Assembly (NCBI GenBank): GCA_031459385.1
Contig: JAVKIP010000004.1
Coordinates: 96,001 to 160,000, forward strand
DNA: 64,000 nucleotides
Origin: Candidatus Fervidifonticultor secundus
GTDB lineage: Bacteria; Sysuimicrobiota; Sysuimicrobiia; Sysuimicrobiales; Humicultoraceae
Reading direction: 5' to 3'
Part shown: piece after piece, positions 9,165 to 18,520 of the stretch
Layout: every line of letters begins with the position of its first letter
How positions within the stretch are numbered: position 1 is the stretch's first letter
Position numbers and translations under genes: made by a program
The notes under the pieces: generated by a model
What the model saw: the letters and a program-made list of their open reading frames with translations, nothing else
What the model was told of the DNA's origin: nothing
Database searches by the model: none

Positions 9165-10790
9165 ATGAGCGGCGGCGAGTGCCGGCAGATGCTGGCCGTC
9201 ACGCTGGCCGCGCTCCTGCTCTTCACCTACGGGCTCGGCGCGGGCAGCCTGTGGGACCAGGACGAGGCCAAATACACGCAGGTGGCCGCGGAGATGCTGG
9301 CCACGGGCGACTGGTGGACGCTGCGCTGGAACGGCGAGCCGTGGTTCGTGCACCCGCCGCTGTTCATGTGGCTCCAGGCCGCCACGGCGCGTCTCGTCGG
9401 TCTGACCGAGGCCACGGCGCGCTGGTGGTCGGCGGTTTCCCAGGCCGTGGTCGTGGGCGTGACCTCCCTGCTGGGTCGTCTGCTCTACGATGCCCGGACA
9501 GGGTGGCTGGCCGCTGCGGTTGCGGCCACCATGTTGCAGATGGTCGTGCAGGCCCGGCTCGCGGTCTTCGACCCCACCCTGCTGGCCGGCATGCTGGCCG
9601 CACTCTACATGGGTCTGGTGGCCCACGCCACGGCCAGCCGCCGCGCCCAGCACTGGGCCTGGGCGTGGGCGGGGCTGGCCACCTCGGCCAAAGGGCCCAT
9701 CGGCCTGCTCCTGCCCGCCGTGGTCTTGGTGGCGCTGGGCATGCGCGCCAGGCGCCTGGGCATCTGGCGCGCGTCGCTCGTCACGGGCCCGTTGCTCTAC
9801 GCCGCAGTGGGCCTGCCCTGGTATGTCGTCGAGACCGTCCGGCACGGCTGGACGTTCCTCCGCCCGGTAGTCGGCTACTACCTGATCACGCGATTCGTCG
9901 GCGTGGTCGAGGAGCAGCCCGGCCCGTGGTGGTACTACGCGCCGGTGCTGGCCGCCGGCGCGTTCCCCTGGACGGCGCTGGCGCTGCCCGCGGGGGTCTA
10001 TCTGGCGCGCCGGGCGTCCGCCTCCCACCAGGTGATCCTGCTGTGGGTGGGGCTGGTGGTGGTCTTCTACTCCATCGCGGGCACGAAGCTGCCCAACTAC
10101 GTGCTCCCGGTCTACCCCGTGCTCGCCATCGGCATCGCGCGCTTCTGCCTGGATGCCCTCGCCGACGCGCCCGGTACGCGCCGCCTCTTCCAGGTGTCGG
10201 TGGGGCTCCTCGTCGCCACTGCCGTCTTCCTCGTCGTCGGCCTGCTCGCCTTCGGGGCGCGGCAGTACCCCGCAGAGACCGCGGCGCTGCTCCCGGCGCT
10301 GCTGCCGGCCCTGGCGGTGCTGGCCGCAGGCCCCCTGAGCGCGGCGCTGCTGGCCATCCTCGGAAGCCGGCGGGCGGCGCTATGCGCGCTCCTGCTGACC
10401 ATGGTCGTGGCCACCCCGGTGCTGGTGCACGTCACCCTGCCGGCTGTCGAGCGGCAGCGCCCGATCCCTCGCCTGGCCGCCCTCCTGCGCGGGCAGATGC
10501 AGCCGGGCGATGCGCTCGCCGCGGTGCAGATGCGCACGACCCCGTCACTCGTCTACTACGCGGGCACGCGGGTGCAGTTCCTGCGCACGCGCGACGACCT
10601 CGCGCAGGCGCTGTGCGCCCACTCCCGGCTGTTCGTCGTCGTCCCCGACGGGCTGTACCGCTCCTGGTTCGCCGCCGGGCTACCTCCCGACGTGCGCACC
10701 GTCGGACAGGAGGGAACCTATCGCTTGTTGCGGAAGGACGGCCCGGCGCCCTGCGCCGGCACGCGGCCCGCCTCCCCGCCCCGCCCGTAG
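9165..10790 (+). CDS. ArnT/PMT-like GT-C glycosyltransferase
   Basis: LWDQDEAKY..AAEML..GDW, HPPLFMW, AKGPIG, PWWYY, TKLPNYVLP. Confidence 0.88.
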   Translation: MSGGECRQMLAVTLAALLLFTYGLGAGSLWDQDEAKYTQVAAEMLATGDWWTLRWNGEPWFVHPPLFMWLQAATARLVGLTEATARWWSAVSQAVVVGVTSLLGRLLYDARTGWLAAAVAATMLQMVVQARLAVFDPTLLAGMLAALYMGLVAHATASRRAQHWAWAWAGLATSAKGPIGLLLPAVVLVALGMRARRLGIWRASLVTGPLLYAAVGLPWYVVETVRHGWTFLRPVVGYYLITRFVGVVEEQPGPWWYYAPVLAAGAFPWTALALPAGVYLARRASASHQVILLWVGLVVVFYSIAGTKLPNYVLPVYPVLAIGIARFCLDALADAPGTRRLFQVSVGLLVATAVFLVVGLLAFGARQYPAETAALLPALLPALAVLAAGPLSAALLAILGSRRAALCALLLTMVVATPVLVHVTLPAVERQRPIPRLAALLRGQMQPGDALAAVQMRTTPSLVYYAGTRVQFLRTRDDLAQALCAHSRLFVVVPDGLYRSWFAAGLPPDVRTVGQEGTYRLLRKDGPAPCAGTRPASPPRP

Positions 10791-10838
10791 CCTGCGGGGG
10801 CAGCGGCGCAGCGTCTGGCGGCGGGGCGGGGAGGCGCA

Positions 10839-11747
10839 GTGGAGTCCGGGCTGATCTTGATCCCCATCCTGATCCTGGCGGGCGGTGCGATCGCCTATGT
10901 GGGCAACGTCGTCGGCCGGACCACCGGCCGGCGGCGGTTGACCCTCTTCGGCCTGCGGCCCCGGCATACGGCGCAGGTGATCACCGTCGCCACCGGCGTG
11001 CTCACCACCGTGGTCACCGTCGTGGCGATCCTGCTGGCGTCCAGCGACGCGCGCACAGGCCTGTTCCACCTGAACGCGCTGCGCGAGCAGATCCGGCAGG
11101 CCGAGGCCCGGCTCGAGCAGATCAAGCAGGGAGACATCGCCTACCTCCGCGCCCAGGAGGTGCTGCGGGAGGTCATCGACGGTCGGCGGCCGGTGGAAGA
11201 GATCCAGGCGCGGCTGGACGCCATGCGCCTGCGCGCCGTGGACCTGGCCGTGGCCAAAGGCATCGCCCCGGATCTCGTCAGCGGCGCGGTGCTCTTCCTC
11301 GACCCGCCCAACGTCACGTGGGAGGCGATCGCCCGCCTGGTCGCGAGCCGGCGCGGCGAGACCATCGTGCGCATCGTCGCGGCTGAGAACACTCTGCGAG
11401 GCGAGGCGCTCCGGGTCTTCGTCATGCGACATGACCGCACGCTGGCGTATCGGGCGGGCACGCGCCTGGGCAGCGGGGTCATCGATGGACGGGTCGGCCG
11501 CGAACGCGTGGGCCTCGAGCTCCTGGCTCTGGTGGATCGGGTGACCGAAGGCGCGGCGTCCAGGCTGCTGTCCCCGCCGTTCGCACGCATCACCGACCCG
11601 CCCCCGACCCAGGTGGACGTGGACGAGCACCGCCGCGCCGTGACCGAGATCCTACGCCGGGGCGGCGAGGTGCGCGTCGACGTCGTCGTCCGACGCGATG
11701 TGACCACCGAGATGCCGCTCGTCGTGGGCTTCGCGCTGAGCCCCTGA
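10839..11747 (+). CDS. DUF3084 domain protein
   Basis: GGAIAYVGN.VGR..GRRRLTLFGLRPRHTA signature; two N-terminal TMs and a short coiled coil. Confidence 0.85.
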   Translation: MESGLILIPILILAGGAIAYVGNVVGRTTGRRRLTLFGLRPRHTAQVITVATGVLTTVVTVVAILLASSDARTGLFHLNALREQIRQAEARLEQIKQGDIAYLRAQEVLREVIDGRRPVEEIQARLDAMRLRAVDLAVAKGIAPDLVSGAVLFLDPPNVTWEAIARLVASRRGETIVRIVAAENTLRGEALRVFVMRHDRTLAYRAGTRLGSGVIDGRVGRERVGLELLALVDRVTEGAASRLLSPPFARITDPPPTQVDVDEHRRAVTEILRRGGEVRVDVVVRRDVTTEMPLVVGFALSP

Positions 11748-11824
11748 GCGCACCGGCCGCGCCGCCGGCAGGAGGCGGGGGGCCGAGGGCGAAGAGAGAA
11801 AGTAAGATCAACCGCATAGCGAGC

Positions 11825-12016
11825 GGCGCAGGTGGACGGGGGAACGTGTGGGGTGTCCCCGTCAGAATAGGGAAGTCCGGTGATCCCGGCTTTGGGAGAA
11901 GCCGGCGCGGTCCCGCCGCTGTGACGGAGAGTCCGGCAGCCGCACGTGCCACTGGGAGGAGTCCCGGGAAGGCCGGCTGCGGGCGATGACCCGAAGCCAG
12001 AAGACCTGCCTGCGCC
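11825..12016 (+). ncRNA. Cobalamin (AdoCbl) riboswitch
   Basis: P1 GGCGCAGGT/GCCTGCGCC; AATAGGGAAGTCCGGTG, CCCGCCGCTGTGA, GCCACTGGG..GGGAAGGCC and B12 box GAAGCCAGAAGACCTGCC; directly upstream of a TonB-dependent receptor. Confidence 0.95.
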
Positions 12017-12055
12017 CATGCCGCACGCCTTCGAGGCAGAGGAGGTGGGCAGGAG

Positions 12056-13900
12056 GTGTGTCTCTCCCGTTGCGTGGCGGCCCGCGGGGCCGCCGTGTTC
12101 GTTTTCGTGACGTCGCTCGCCGGCGCGCCGCAGCCCGTGGCAGCGGTGGCGTTGCAGGAGCCCCCGGTCTTCGAGTTGCCCGACGTGGTGGCGCCGGGTC
12201 GTCGCCTCCAGCCACGCACTGCGACGCCGGCGAACGTCTCGGTGCTGACCGCCGCCGATCTCGCCCGCCTGGGCGTGCGCACCGTCGGCGAGGCGCTGGC
12301 CTACCTGCCCGAGGTCTACGTGCGCAGCCTGGGCGGGCCGGGCGCGCTGCAGGAGATCAGCATCCGCGGCACCAGCTCCGCCCACACGTTGGTGCTGCTG
12401 GACGGTGTGCCGCTCAACAGCCCGGCGCAGGGGCTGGCCCAGCTCAACACCATTCCCGTCGACATCGTCGAGCGCATCGAGGTGCTGCGCGGGCCGTTCT
12501 CCGCCATCTATGGCAGCGGCGCGCTCGGCGGCGTCGTGCGCATCGTCACGCGTCGCGCGCCGGGGGGGGCAGCCCGCGCGGGCGCCGGGACCCAGGGCAG
12601 CGCGCACGCCATCACGACCTGGGGGTGGCGGCGGGACGGCGCCGGCGTGCGCCTGGACGCGGTGCACGATCGCAGCCAGGGCTTCCGCCCCAACAGTGAC
12701 TACGCCGGGTCGACGCTCGCCGGGCGGCTCACCCTCGATCTGGGCACGGGCCGCACCTTCTCCCTCGGCCTCTCGCAGTTCTGGGCCGACCAGGGCGTGC
12801 CGGGTTCCACGGCGTTCCCCTCGCCCCTGGCCCGCCAGCAGAGCGGCCGGACGGCGCTCGATGCCGTCTGGCGGCTGGAGGGGCCGGCCGACCACCGCCG
12901 CACGCTGCGCGCCTGGGGCCTCGCCGACGACATCACGTTCACCGATCCGGCCTTCGCCGCAACGACCCGCACGCGCGCCACCGCCCTGGGGCTCGAGGGG
13001 CAGGCGATCCGCTCGCTGTCGGCCGCTCACGTGGTCACCGTCGGGTGGGAGGTGCAGCGGCACGCCGTGGAGATGCAGTCGAGCTCGCTGTTCGGCACGA
13101 GCGCGCTGGTCCGGGACGCCTGGGTGGGCGCCCTCTACGTCGCGAGCGACCGCACCCTGGATCCGGCGACCCTGCTGTCGGGCGGCCTGCGGGTCGACCT
13201 CCACAGCGTCTACGGCAGTCAGCTCAACCCCCGCGTCGGGCTGGTCCGCCAGCTGGACGATCGGACCGTGCTGCGGGCTGCGGTGGGCCACACGTTCCGC
13301 GGCCCCTCGTTCCTGCTGTTGTTCTTCCCGGGGTGCAGCAACCCGGCGCTGGCCCCGGAGCGCGCCTGGGCGGCTGACGCAGGCCTCGAACGCACGCTGG
13401 CCCCGGGACTGGTGGGGCGGCTCGTGGCATACGCCACGGTGGCCACCGATCTGATCCGGCCCGGCTGCCCGCCCGTCAACGTCGACCGCGCCACGATCGT
13501 CGGCGCCTCTGCCGAGCTCGAGGGCCGGCTGGCACCCGCGCTCGCGCTGCGCGCGCACGTCACCACTACCAACGGTCGCGACGGCGCCGGCGGCGCCCTG
13601 ATCCGCGTGCCGGCCTGGAGCGCCGCCGCCACGCTGCACTGGACGGTCCGGCCGCAGACGACGCTGAGCCTGCTGGCACTCTACGCCGGTGCGCGGCCCG
13701 ACCTCGACTTCTCCACGTTTCCCGCCACGCCCGTCGTGCTGCCGGCCTACACCGTGCTCGGCCTGCGCTACACGCTGGCGACCGGCGCCGGCACGTGGCA
13801 GCTGGGCGTCGACAACCTGCTGGACGCGCCGTATGAGCCGGTGGCGGGCTTTCCGGCGCCCGGTCGGACGGTCTTCGTGTCGTACGCGACCAGCTTCTGA
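12056..13900 (+). CDS. btuB: TonB-dependent cobalamin receptor
   Basis: Plug motifs ISIRG..LVLLDGVPLN and IERIEVLRGPFSAIYGSGALGGVV, NPALAPE, VDNLLD, C-terminal Phe; riboswitch upstream. Confidence 0.88.
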   Translation: MCLSRCVAARGAAVFVFVTSLAGAPQPVAAVALQEPPVFELPDVVAPGRRLQPRTATPANVSVLTAADLARLGVRTVGEALAYLPEVYVRSLGGPGALQEISIRGTSSAHTLVLLDGVPLNSPAQGLAQLNTIPVDIVERIEVLRGPFSAIYGSGALGGVVRIVTRRAPGGAARAGAGTQGSAHAITTWGWRRDGAGVRLDAVHDRSQGFRPNSDYAGSTLAGRLTLDLGTGRTFSLGLSQFWADQGVPGSTAFPSPLARQQSGRTALDAVWRLEGPADHRRTLRAWGLADDITFTDPAFAATTRTRATALGLEGQAIRSLSAAHVVTVGWEVQRHAVEMQSSSLFGTSALVRDAWVGALYVASDRTLDPATLLSGGLRVDLHSVYGSQLNPRVGLVRQLDDRTVLRAAVGHTFRGPSFLLLFFPGCSNPALAPERAWAADAGLERTLAPGLVGRLVAYATVATDLIRPGCPPVNVDRATIVGASAELEGRLAPALALRAHVTTTNGRDGAGGALIRVPAWSAAATLHWTVRPQTTLSLLALYAGARPDLDFSTFPATPVVLPAYTVLGLRYTLATGAGTWQLGVDNLLDAPYEPVAGFPAPGRTVFVSYATSF

Positions 13901-14041
13901 GGTCAGGCACCCCGTGCGCGTGGTGCGCACGCAAGGAGCCGCGCCCGGGCCTGGTCGAATTGCACAGCGAGATCGTCCGGCGGCGGGTGCGGCCGCGTGG
14001 CGTGCCGGCTGTTCGGATCGCGCTGAACCGGGAGGACGCAG

Positions 14042-14569
14042 ATGCACAGACGGTGGATCGTCATCGCGGGGTTGATCGCCGCTGCGGCCGCGAGCCGGCT
14101 GCTGCCCCACCCGCCCAACGCCACGCCCATCGCGGCGATGGCGCTGTTCGGCGGCGCGCACCTGGCCGACCGGCGGCTGGCGCTCCTGCTGCCGCTGGCC
14201 GCCATGCTCGCCAGCGACCTGGTGCTGGGGCTCCACGCCCTGCTGCCGGTGGTCTACGGCGCGTTCGCGCTGATCGTCTGGATCGGCACACGCCTGGCCG
14301 GGCGCATCACGCCGGTGCGCGTGGCGGGCGCGACCCTGGCGGGATCGGTGCTCTTCTTCGTCGTCACCAACGTCGGCGTGTGGGCGCTGGGCGGGCTCTA
14401 TCCGCGCACGGCGGCCGGGCTCGTCGCCGCGTACGTGGCGGCGGTGCCGTTCTTCCGGAACATGCTGCTCGGTGATGCTGCGTATGCGCTGCTCCTCTTC
14501 GGCGGCTACGCGCTGCTGGAGCGGACGCTGGCGACCGCCCCGCATCCCGCGCAGGCCGATCGGACCTGA
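14042..14569 (+). CDS. DUF6580-like membrane protein (probable ECF S-component-type B12 transporter)
   Basis: SRLLPHPPNATPIAAMALFGGA, FFVVTN.GVW, YVAAVPFFRN; about 6 TMs; GGGAGG RBS. Confidence 0.78.
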   Translation: MHRRWIVIAGLIAAAAASRLLPHPPNATPIAAMALFGGAHLADRRLALLLPLAAMLASDLVLGLHALLPVVYGAFALIVWIGTRLAGRITPVRVAGATLAGSVLFFVVTNVGVWALGGLYPRTAAGLVAAYVAAVPFFRNMLLGDAAYALLLFGGYALLERTLATAPHPAQADRT

Positions 14570-15519
14570 TGGGACCACGGCTCCCCGTGCTGCTGCTCGT
14601 CGCAGGTCTGGGGGCTGCGGTCGCGGGCATGCGTCCGACCGCGCCGCAGCGGCCGTGGCCGCCGGCGGCGGGCCAGACTCCCATCCCGGTTGGATCTCCC
14701 CGGGGCGGGATGGCGACATCCGGCGCCGGACCGACCGCCGTCGAGGAGGCGGGCCTGCGCGGCGAGACGTCGGCCGTGGGCCCGTCCTCCGACGCCGCGC
14801 CACCCCGACCCCTGGTCGCCACACGGCCCCGCCCGCGGGCGGGCAGCGCGCGACGTGTGGTTCCCCCGGTGCCGCAGCGGCTGGCGGCAGCGCAGGCCCG
14901 GGCCCAGCGCGCCACGACTGCCGCCACGCAGAGCCGGCCGGGGTCCACCCGGGACGCGCCGGCGCGGACCGCTCCCGCCGGGCCGATTCCACCGCAGGCG
15001 GCGCCTGGCCCGGCCGCCCGGCCGGGAGGGCATGCCGCCGACGCGGGCTCGACGCCCGGGCAGCCGGCTGGCGAGGCCGGGGCCACCGGGGCCTCCTCGG
15101 CGCCCGCGCCCGACGAGCCGGCATCGTCCGGTGGGCCTGCGCCTGCGCCGGTACCTGATATGCCGCCGGCGAGCCGCCCGCCAGCGGGCGCGCCGCGCGC
15201 GCCCACGCTCACGCCGCCGGTGCCGGTCGACCTGGCGCCGCCGCACTATCCCGGACCGTCCCGCATGGTCGTCGAGGCTCCCGGCGTGGTGGCATCGGCG
15301 CGCGTCGAGCCGGCCGATGCGCGCGTCCGGCTGCGGCTGGTCGTGCTGGCCGATGGCACCGTTGGGAGCGTGGCCGTCGCGCTGTCATCCGGCCGCGCCG
15401 ACCTCGACGCGGCCGCGCTGCGGGCCGCGCGCGCCTGGCGGTTCCTGCCGGCGCGCCGCGACGGTGTGCCCGTCGACAGCGTGGTGCTGATCTGGGTGCT
15501 GTTCACCGCCGCGCCCTGA
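14569..15519 (+). CDS. tonB: Energy transducer TonB
   Basis: N-terminal hydrophobic anchor, long Pro/Ala linker, C-terminal V.ADGTV..SSG..LD.AAL.AARAWRFLPA domain. Confidence 0.82.
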   Translation: MGPRLPVLLLVAGLGAAVAGMRPTAPQRPWPPAAGQTPIPVGSPRGGMATSGAGPTAVEEAGLRGETSAVGPSSDAAPPRPLVATRPRPRAGSARRVVPPVPQRLAAAQARAQRATTAATQSRPGSTRDAPARTAPAGPIPPQAAPGPAARPGGHAADAGSTPGQPAGEAGATGASSAPAPDEPASSGGPAPAPVPDMPPASRPPAGAPRAPTLTPPVPVDLAPPHYPGPSRMVVEAPGVVASARVEPADARVRLRLVVLADGTVGSVAVALSSGRADLDAAALRAARAWRFLPARRDGVPVDSVVLIWVLFTAAP

Positions 15520-15520
15520 G

Positions 15521-15946
15521 GTGTCCTCGCGCGTCGTCCTGGCGATCGACCCCGGACGGCAGAAGTGCGGGGTGGCCGTGTGCGCGCCGGGCCGCGTGCT
15601 GGCCAGGACCGTGGTGGCCACGGAGCACCTGGCAGACCTCGTGCGCGAATGGAGCGGCCGCTTCGGCGTCACCGAGGTGGTGATCGGCGACCGCACCGGA
15701 GCAGCCGTCGTGGCGCGGATGGTGGCGGGCATCCTTACCGTGCCGCAGCGGCTCGTGGACGAGGCTGGCACGACGCTGCGCGCGCGGTTCCGGTACTTCG
15801 CCGAGCATCCGCCGCGCGGCTGGCGCCGGCTGATCCCGCGCGGCCTGCAGATCCCGCCCAGGGCCTACGACGACTACGTCGCGGTGCTCCTGGCCGAGGC
15901 GGCCCTGGCCCAGGACGCGCCCCCCGGCGCGCACGGGAACGGATAG
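15521..15946 (+). CDS. YqgF/RuvX-like RNase H-fold nuclease
   Basis: VLAIDPGRQKCGVAV, VIGDRTG, VDEAGTTLRAR.RYF, YDDYVAVLLAE. Confidence 0.85.
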   Translation: MSSRVVLAIDPGRQKCGVAVCAPGRVLARTVVATEHLADLVREWSGRFGVTEVVIGDRTGAAVVARMVAGILTVPQRLVDEAGTTLRARFRYFAEHPPRGWRRLIPRGLQIPPRAYDDYVAVLLAEAALAQDAPPGAHGNG

Positions 15947-16026
15947 GACCGCGCGCGGCCGTGCGGTACACTGAGTGGGGTTTTGAGCCCCGTCGATTCG
16001 GCCGGCAGGCTCCAAGAGGCGACAGC

Positions 16027-17382
16027 ATGAGCGAGCGTGCACACTTCACGGCCCCGGTACTGCGGCGCCCTGCGGTACTGCAGCGCCCCGCGGCGCTGCT
16101 GCTTCTGGCCGCGGCCAGCGCGCTGGTAGCGACACAGGCGGGCGCGCAGGCACCGGTGCCCGCGGCGGCCCTGTGGTGGCTGGGCGGGGCGAACCTGCAA
16201 CGCGTCAACTTCACGCCGAAGCCGGGCGGGTTGACCGCCCCCCACGTCGCCTGGCGCCTGGCCTTCGAGACCACGGCATCGCCGGCGTCGGTCTCCCCGC
16301 CGGCGGCGGCGGACCTTGACGGCGACGGGCGCGTCGAGCTCGTCTACGGCGAGGGCGTGCGCGTGGTGGCCCTCGAGCCGCCGTTCCCCCGCCGCCGCTG
16401 GGAGTACTCGGTCTACGAGATCCGCGGGTTGATCCTCATGCAGCCGGCCGTCCTCGACGTGGACGGCGACCGGCGGCCCGAAGTCTTCTTCGCGCCGTAC
16501 CAGTCCGGCGGGAACTCGATGTTCTTCCGCCTCACCAGCCGCGGGCAGGTCGTCTGGAGCTTTCCGGTGCGGGCCTACACGAGCTACGCGAGCCCCGCCG
16601 TCGCCGACCTCGACGGCACCGGCCGCTACACCGTGATCTTCGCCGACACGCAGGGCACGGTCTACGCGCTGGACGCGGCCACCGGACGGCCGCGGTGGAC
16701 CTTCCCCATGGGGGGGAGCGCCGACATGAACGCCGCTGCCGTCGTCGACCTGGACGGCGACGGCAGGCGCGAGATCGTCATCGGCAACCACGGCAACGGT
16801 CAGATCTACGCCCTCGACAGCGAGGGCCGGCACCGCTGGGTCTACAACACCCACGGGTCGATCTATGGCGTCTCGGTCGACGACGCCGACGGCAACGGCG
16901 AGCTCGAGATCTACGCCGCCGACTGGAACGGCGCCGTGCACTCCCTGACGCCCCAGGGCCGGCTGCGCTGGACCTACAGGACCCCGGGCCCCGTGACCGC
17001 CTACAACGGCCTCGCCATCGCCGACCTCAACGGCGATGGCGTCAAAGAGGTCGTCTTCGGCGTCCAGAACGGCTGGGTGGTGGCACTGTCGCCCGCGGGC
17101 CGGGTCGTCTGGCAGTTCCAGCGCCGCGGCCACATCAGCGGGTCGGTGATCGTCGCCGACTTTGACCGCGACGGCCAGCTGGAAGTCTTCGCGGGCAGCC
17201 ACAGCGGAGCGGTCTACCTGCTGGCCGGCCGCACCGGCGCCCCCAAGTGGGAGCAGCAGCCCGGCGGCCGGATGGCCTACATGGGGATCACGGCCGAGGA
17301 CCTCGACGGCGACGGGCTCGTCGAGGTGCTGATCAACAACGACGAGCACCTCTACGCCTTCAGCCGGCCGCCGGCGCGCTGA
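16027..17382 (+). CDS. Secreted FG-GAP/PQQ-like beta-propeller protein
   Basis: Signal peptide (AGAQA); eight DxDGDG-type repeats alternating with G...W strand motifs. Confidence 0.82.
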   Translation: MSERAHFTAPVLRRPAVLQRPAALLLLAAASALVATQAGAQAPVPAAALWWLGGANLQRVNFTPKPGGLTAPHVAWRLAFETTASPASVSPPAAADLDGDGRVELVYGEGVRVVALEPPFPRRRWEYSVYEIRGLILMQPAVLDVDGDRRPEVFFAPYQSGGNSMFFRLTSRGQVVWSFPVRAYTSYASPAVADLDGTGRYTVIFADTQGTVYALDAATGRPRWTFPMGGSADMNAAAVVDLDGDGRREIVIGNHGNGQIYALDSEGRHRWVYNTHGSIYGVSVDDADGNGELEIYAADWNGAVHSLTPQGRLRWTYRTPGPVTAYNGLAIADLNGDGVKEVVFGVQNGWVVALSPAGRVVWQFQRRGHISGSVIVADFDRDGQLEVFAGSHSGAVYLLAGRTGAPKWEQQPGGRMAYMGITAEDLDGDGLVEVLINNDEHLYAFSRPPAR

Positions 17383-17544
17383 GGGGCGCTGCGGGCGTCA
17401 GGACCGCGCGCCCTCTCCTGGAAGATACCGGGACGTCCGGCGGTGCGCCCGCGGCGAGCGCCTACTGTCGGGGCCCTCCCCGGGGTCGTCGTGCCTGTCA
17501 AGACCGTGCTGTGACCGCCCGAAGCCGCGGTTTCCGGACGCGCC

Positions 17545-18222
17545 CTACGTCGGGAACGATCGGTCGCGCAGCCAGCTCAGGGCGCCGGCTACCAGCGCGA
17601 CGTAGAGGACCGCCAGGCCCGCGTACTGCGCCGGCCGCGGCAGGGCAAACAGGGGCGCGAACGGCCTGACCAGCGCCCGGGGAACCAGCGGGATCAGGAA
17701 CGGCACGCGCTCCCGGTACGCCAGGTACCCCTCACCGAAGCGGCGCTCGTTCTCGCCCTCCTCGTGGATCATGAGGGCCAGGTAGGTACAGCACGCGGTC
17801 ACGAAGGCGATGACCGAGATCGGCCGCACGCCGACCAGCGAGAACCCGGCCAGCCCCAGGAAGATCCCCAGGTACTGCGGGTGGCGGACCACGGCGTACG
17901 GCCCGGAGGTGACCAGGCCCAGGCGGCCGCGGACGCTGTAGAAGTAGGCGTACGACCCCAGGAAGACCACTAGCCCCAGGGCAATGAGCGCCAGCCCCGC
18001 GTAGAACAGCATGACCCGCGTCTCCCGCGGCATCCAAATCGTATGGGTCACCAGCCAGCGGGTCTGCGGAAACCAGACGAACGGTGTCCACGGCGCGTAG
18101 ATGGCCACGAAGATGCCGACCGGCAGGAACATGTATCCCTGGATCACGAGCACCAGGCCCGGGGAGGCGAGAATGACCGGGGTCGCCTGGACCACGGCAC
18201 GCCAGATCTTGCGGATCGACAT
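17545..18222 (-). CDS. Isoprenylcysteine carboxylmethyltransferase/PEMT family membrane protein
   Basis: LVTSGPYAVVRHPQYLG and EE...RFG..YLAYRERVPFLIP motifs. Confidence 0.88.
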   Translation of the reverse strand: MSIRKIWRAVVQATPVILASPGLVLVIQGYMFLPVGIFVAIYAPWTPFVWFPQTRWLVTHTIWMPRETRVMLFYAGLALIALGLVVFLGSYAYFYSVRGRLGLVTSGPYAVVRHPQYLGIFLGLAGFSLVGVRPISVIAFVTACCTYLALMIHEEGENERRFGEGYLAYRERVPFLIPLVPRALVRPFAPLFALPRPAQYAGLAVLYVALVAGALSWLRDRSFPT

Positions 18223-18490
18223 CGTGCAGTCACCCTGCATGTGGAGTCGGGGAGCGCCCCGCCACGGGGAGGACGTATTCGGGAGCCAGCGGGGTCTTCC
18301 TCCCCGGCGACCCCCTGCCTGCTCGGGGAACCTGGGGTCGGCCAGGGGACGGCGCCAGGCGGGCCCGGGTGAGCGCGATGGGACGGGTCCCCTGCCTGTG
18401 GGCCGGGCGGGTCGCCACAGAGGAGTCTGGCCGCCCCTGTCGAAGGATAAGCATGGTTGTAGAGCCTGCGAGCCGCCCGATGCCGGAGCC

Positions 18491-18520
18491 TTGCCGAGAA
18501 AGGGGGCGGAACGCTAATGT
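18491..18520 (+). promoter_or_regulatory. Putative sigma70 promoter of the SLH-porin gene
   Basis: TTGCCG-N18-TAATGT about 290 nt upstream of the ATG. Confidence 0.4.

Noticed and set aside
11141..15124. Very long antisense or alternate-frame ORFs (e.g. 11141-15124, 30680-33601, 37158-39764, 50159-52834, 55618-58041)
   Set aside because: Shadow ORFs expected in high-GC coding DNA; they lie opposite well-supported genes and show no recognisable motifs.
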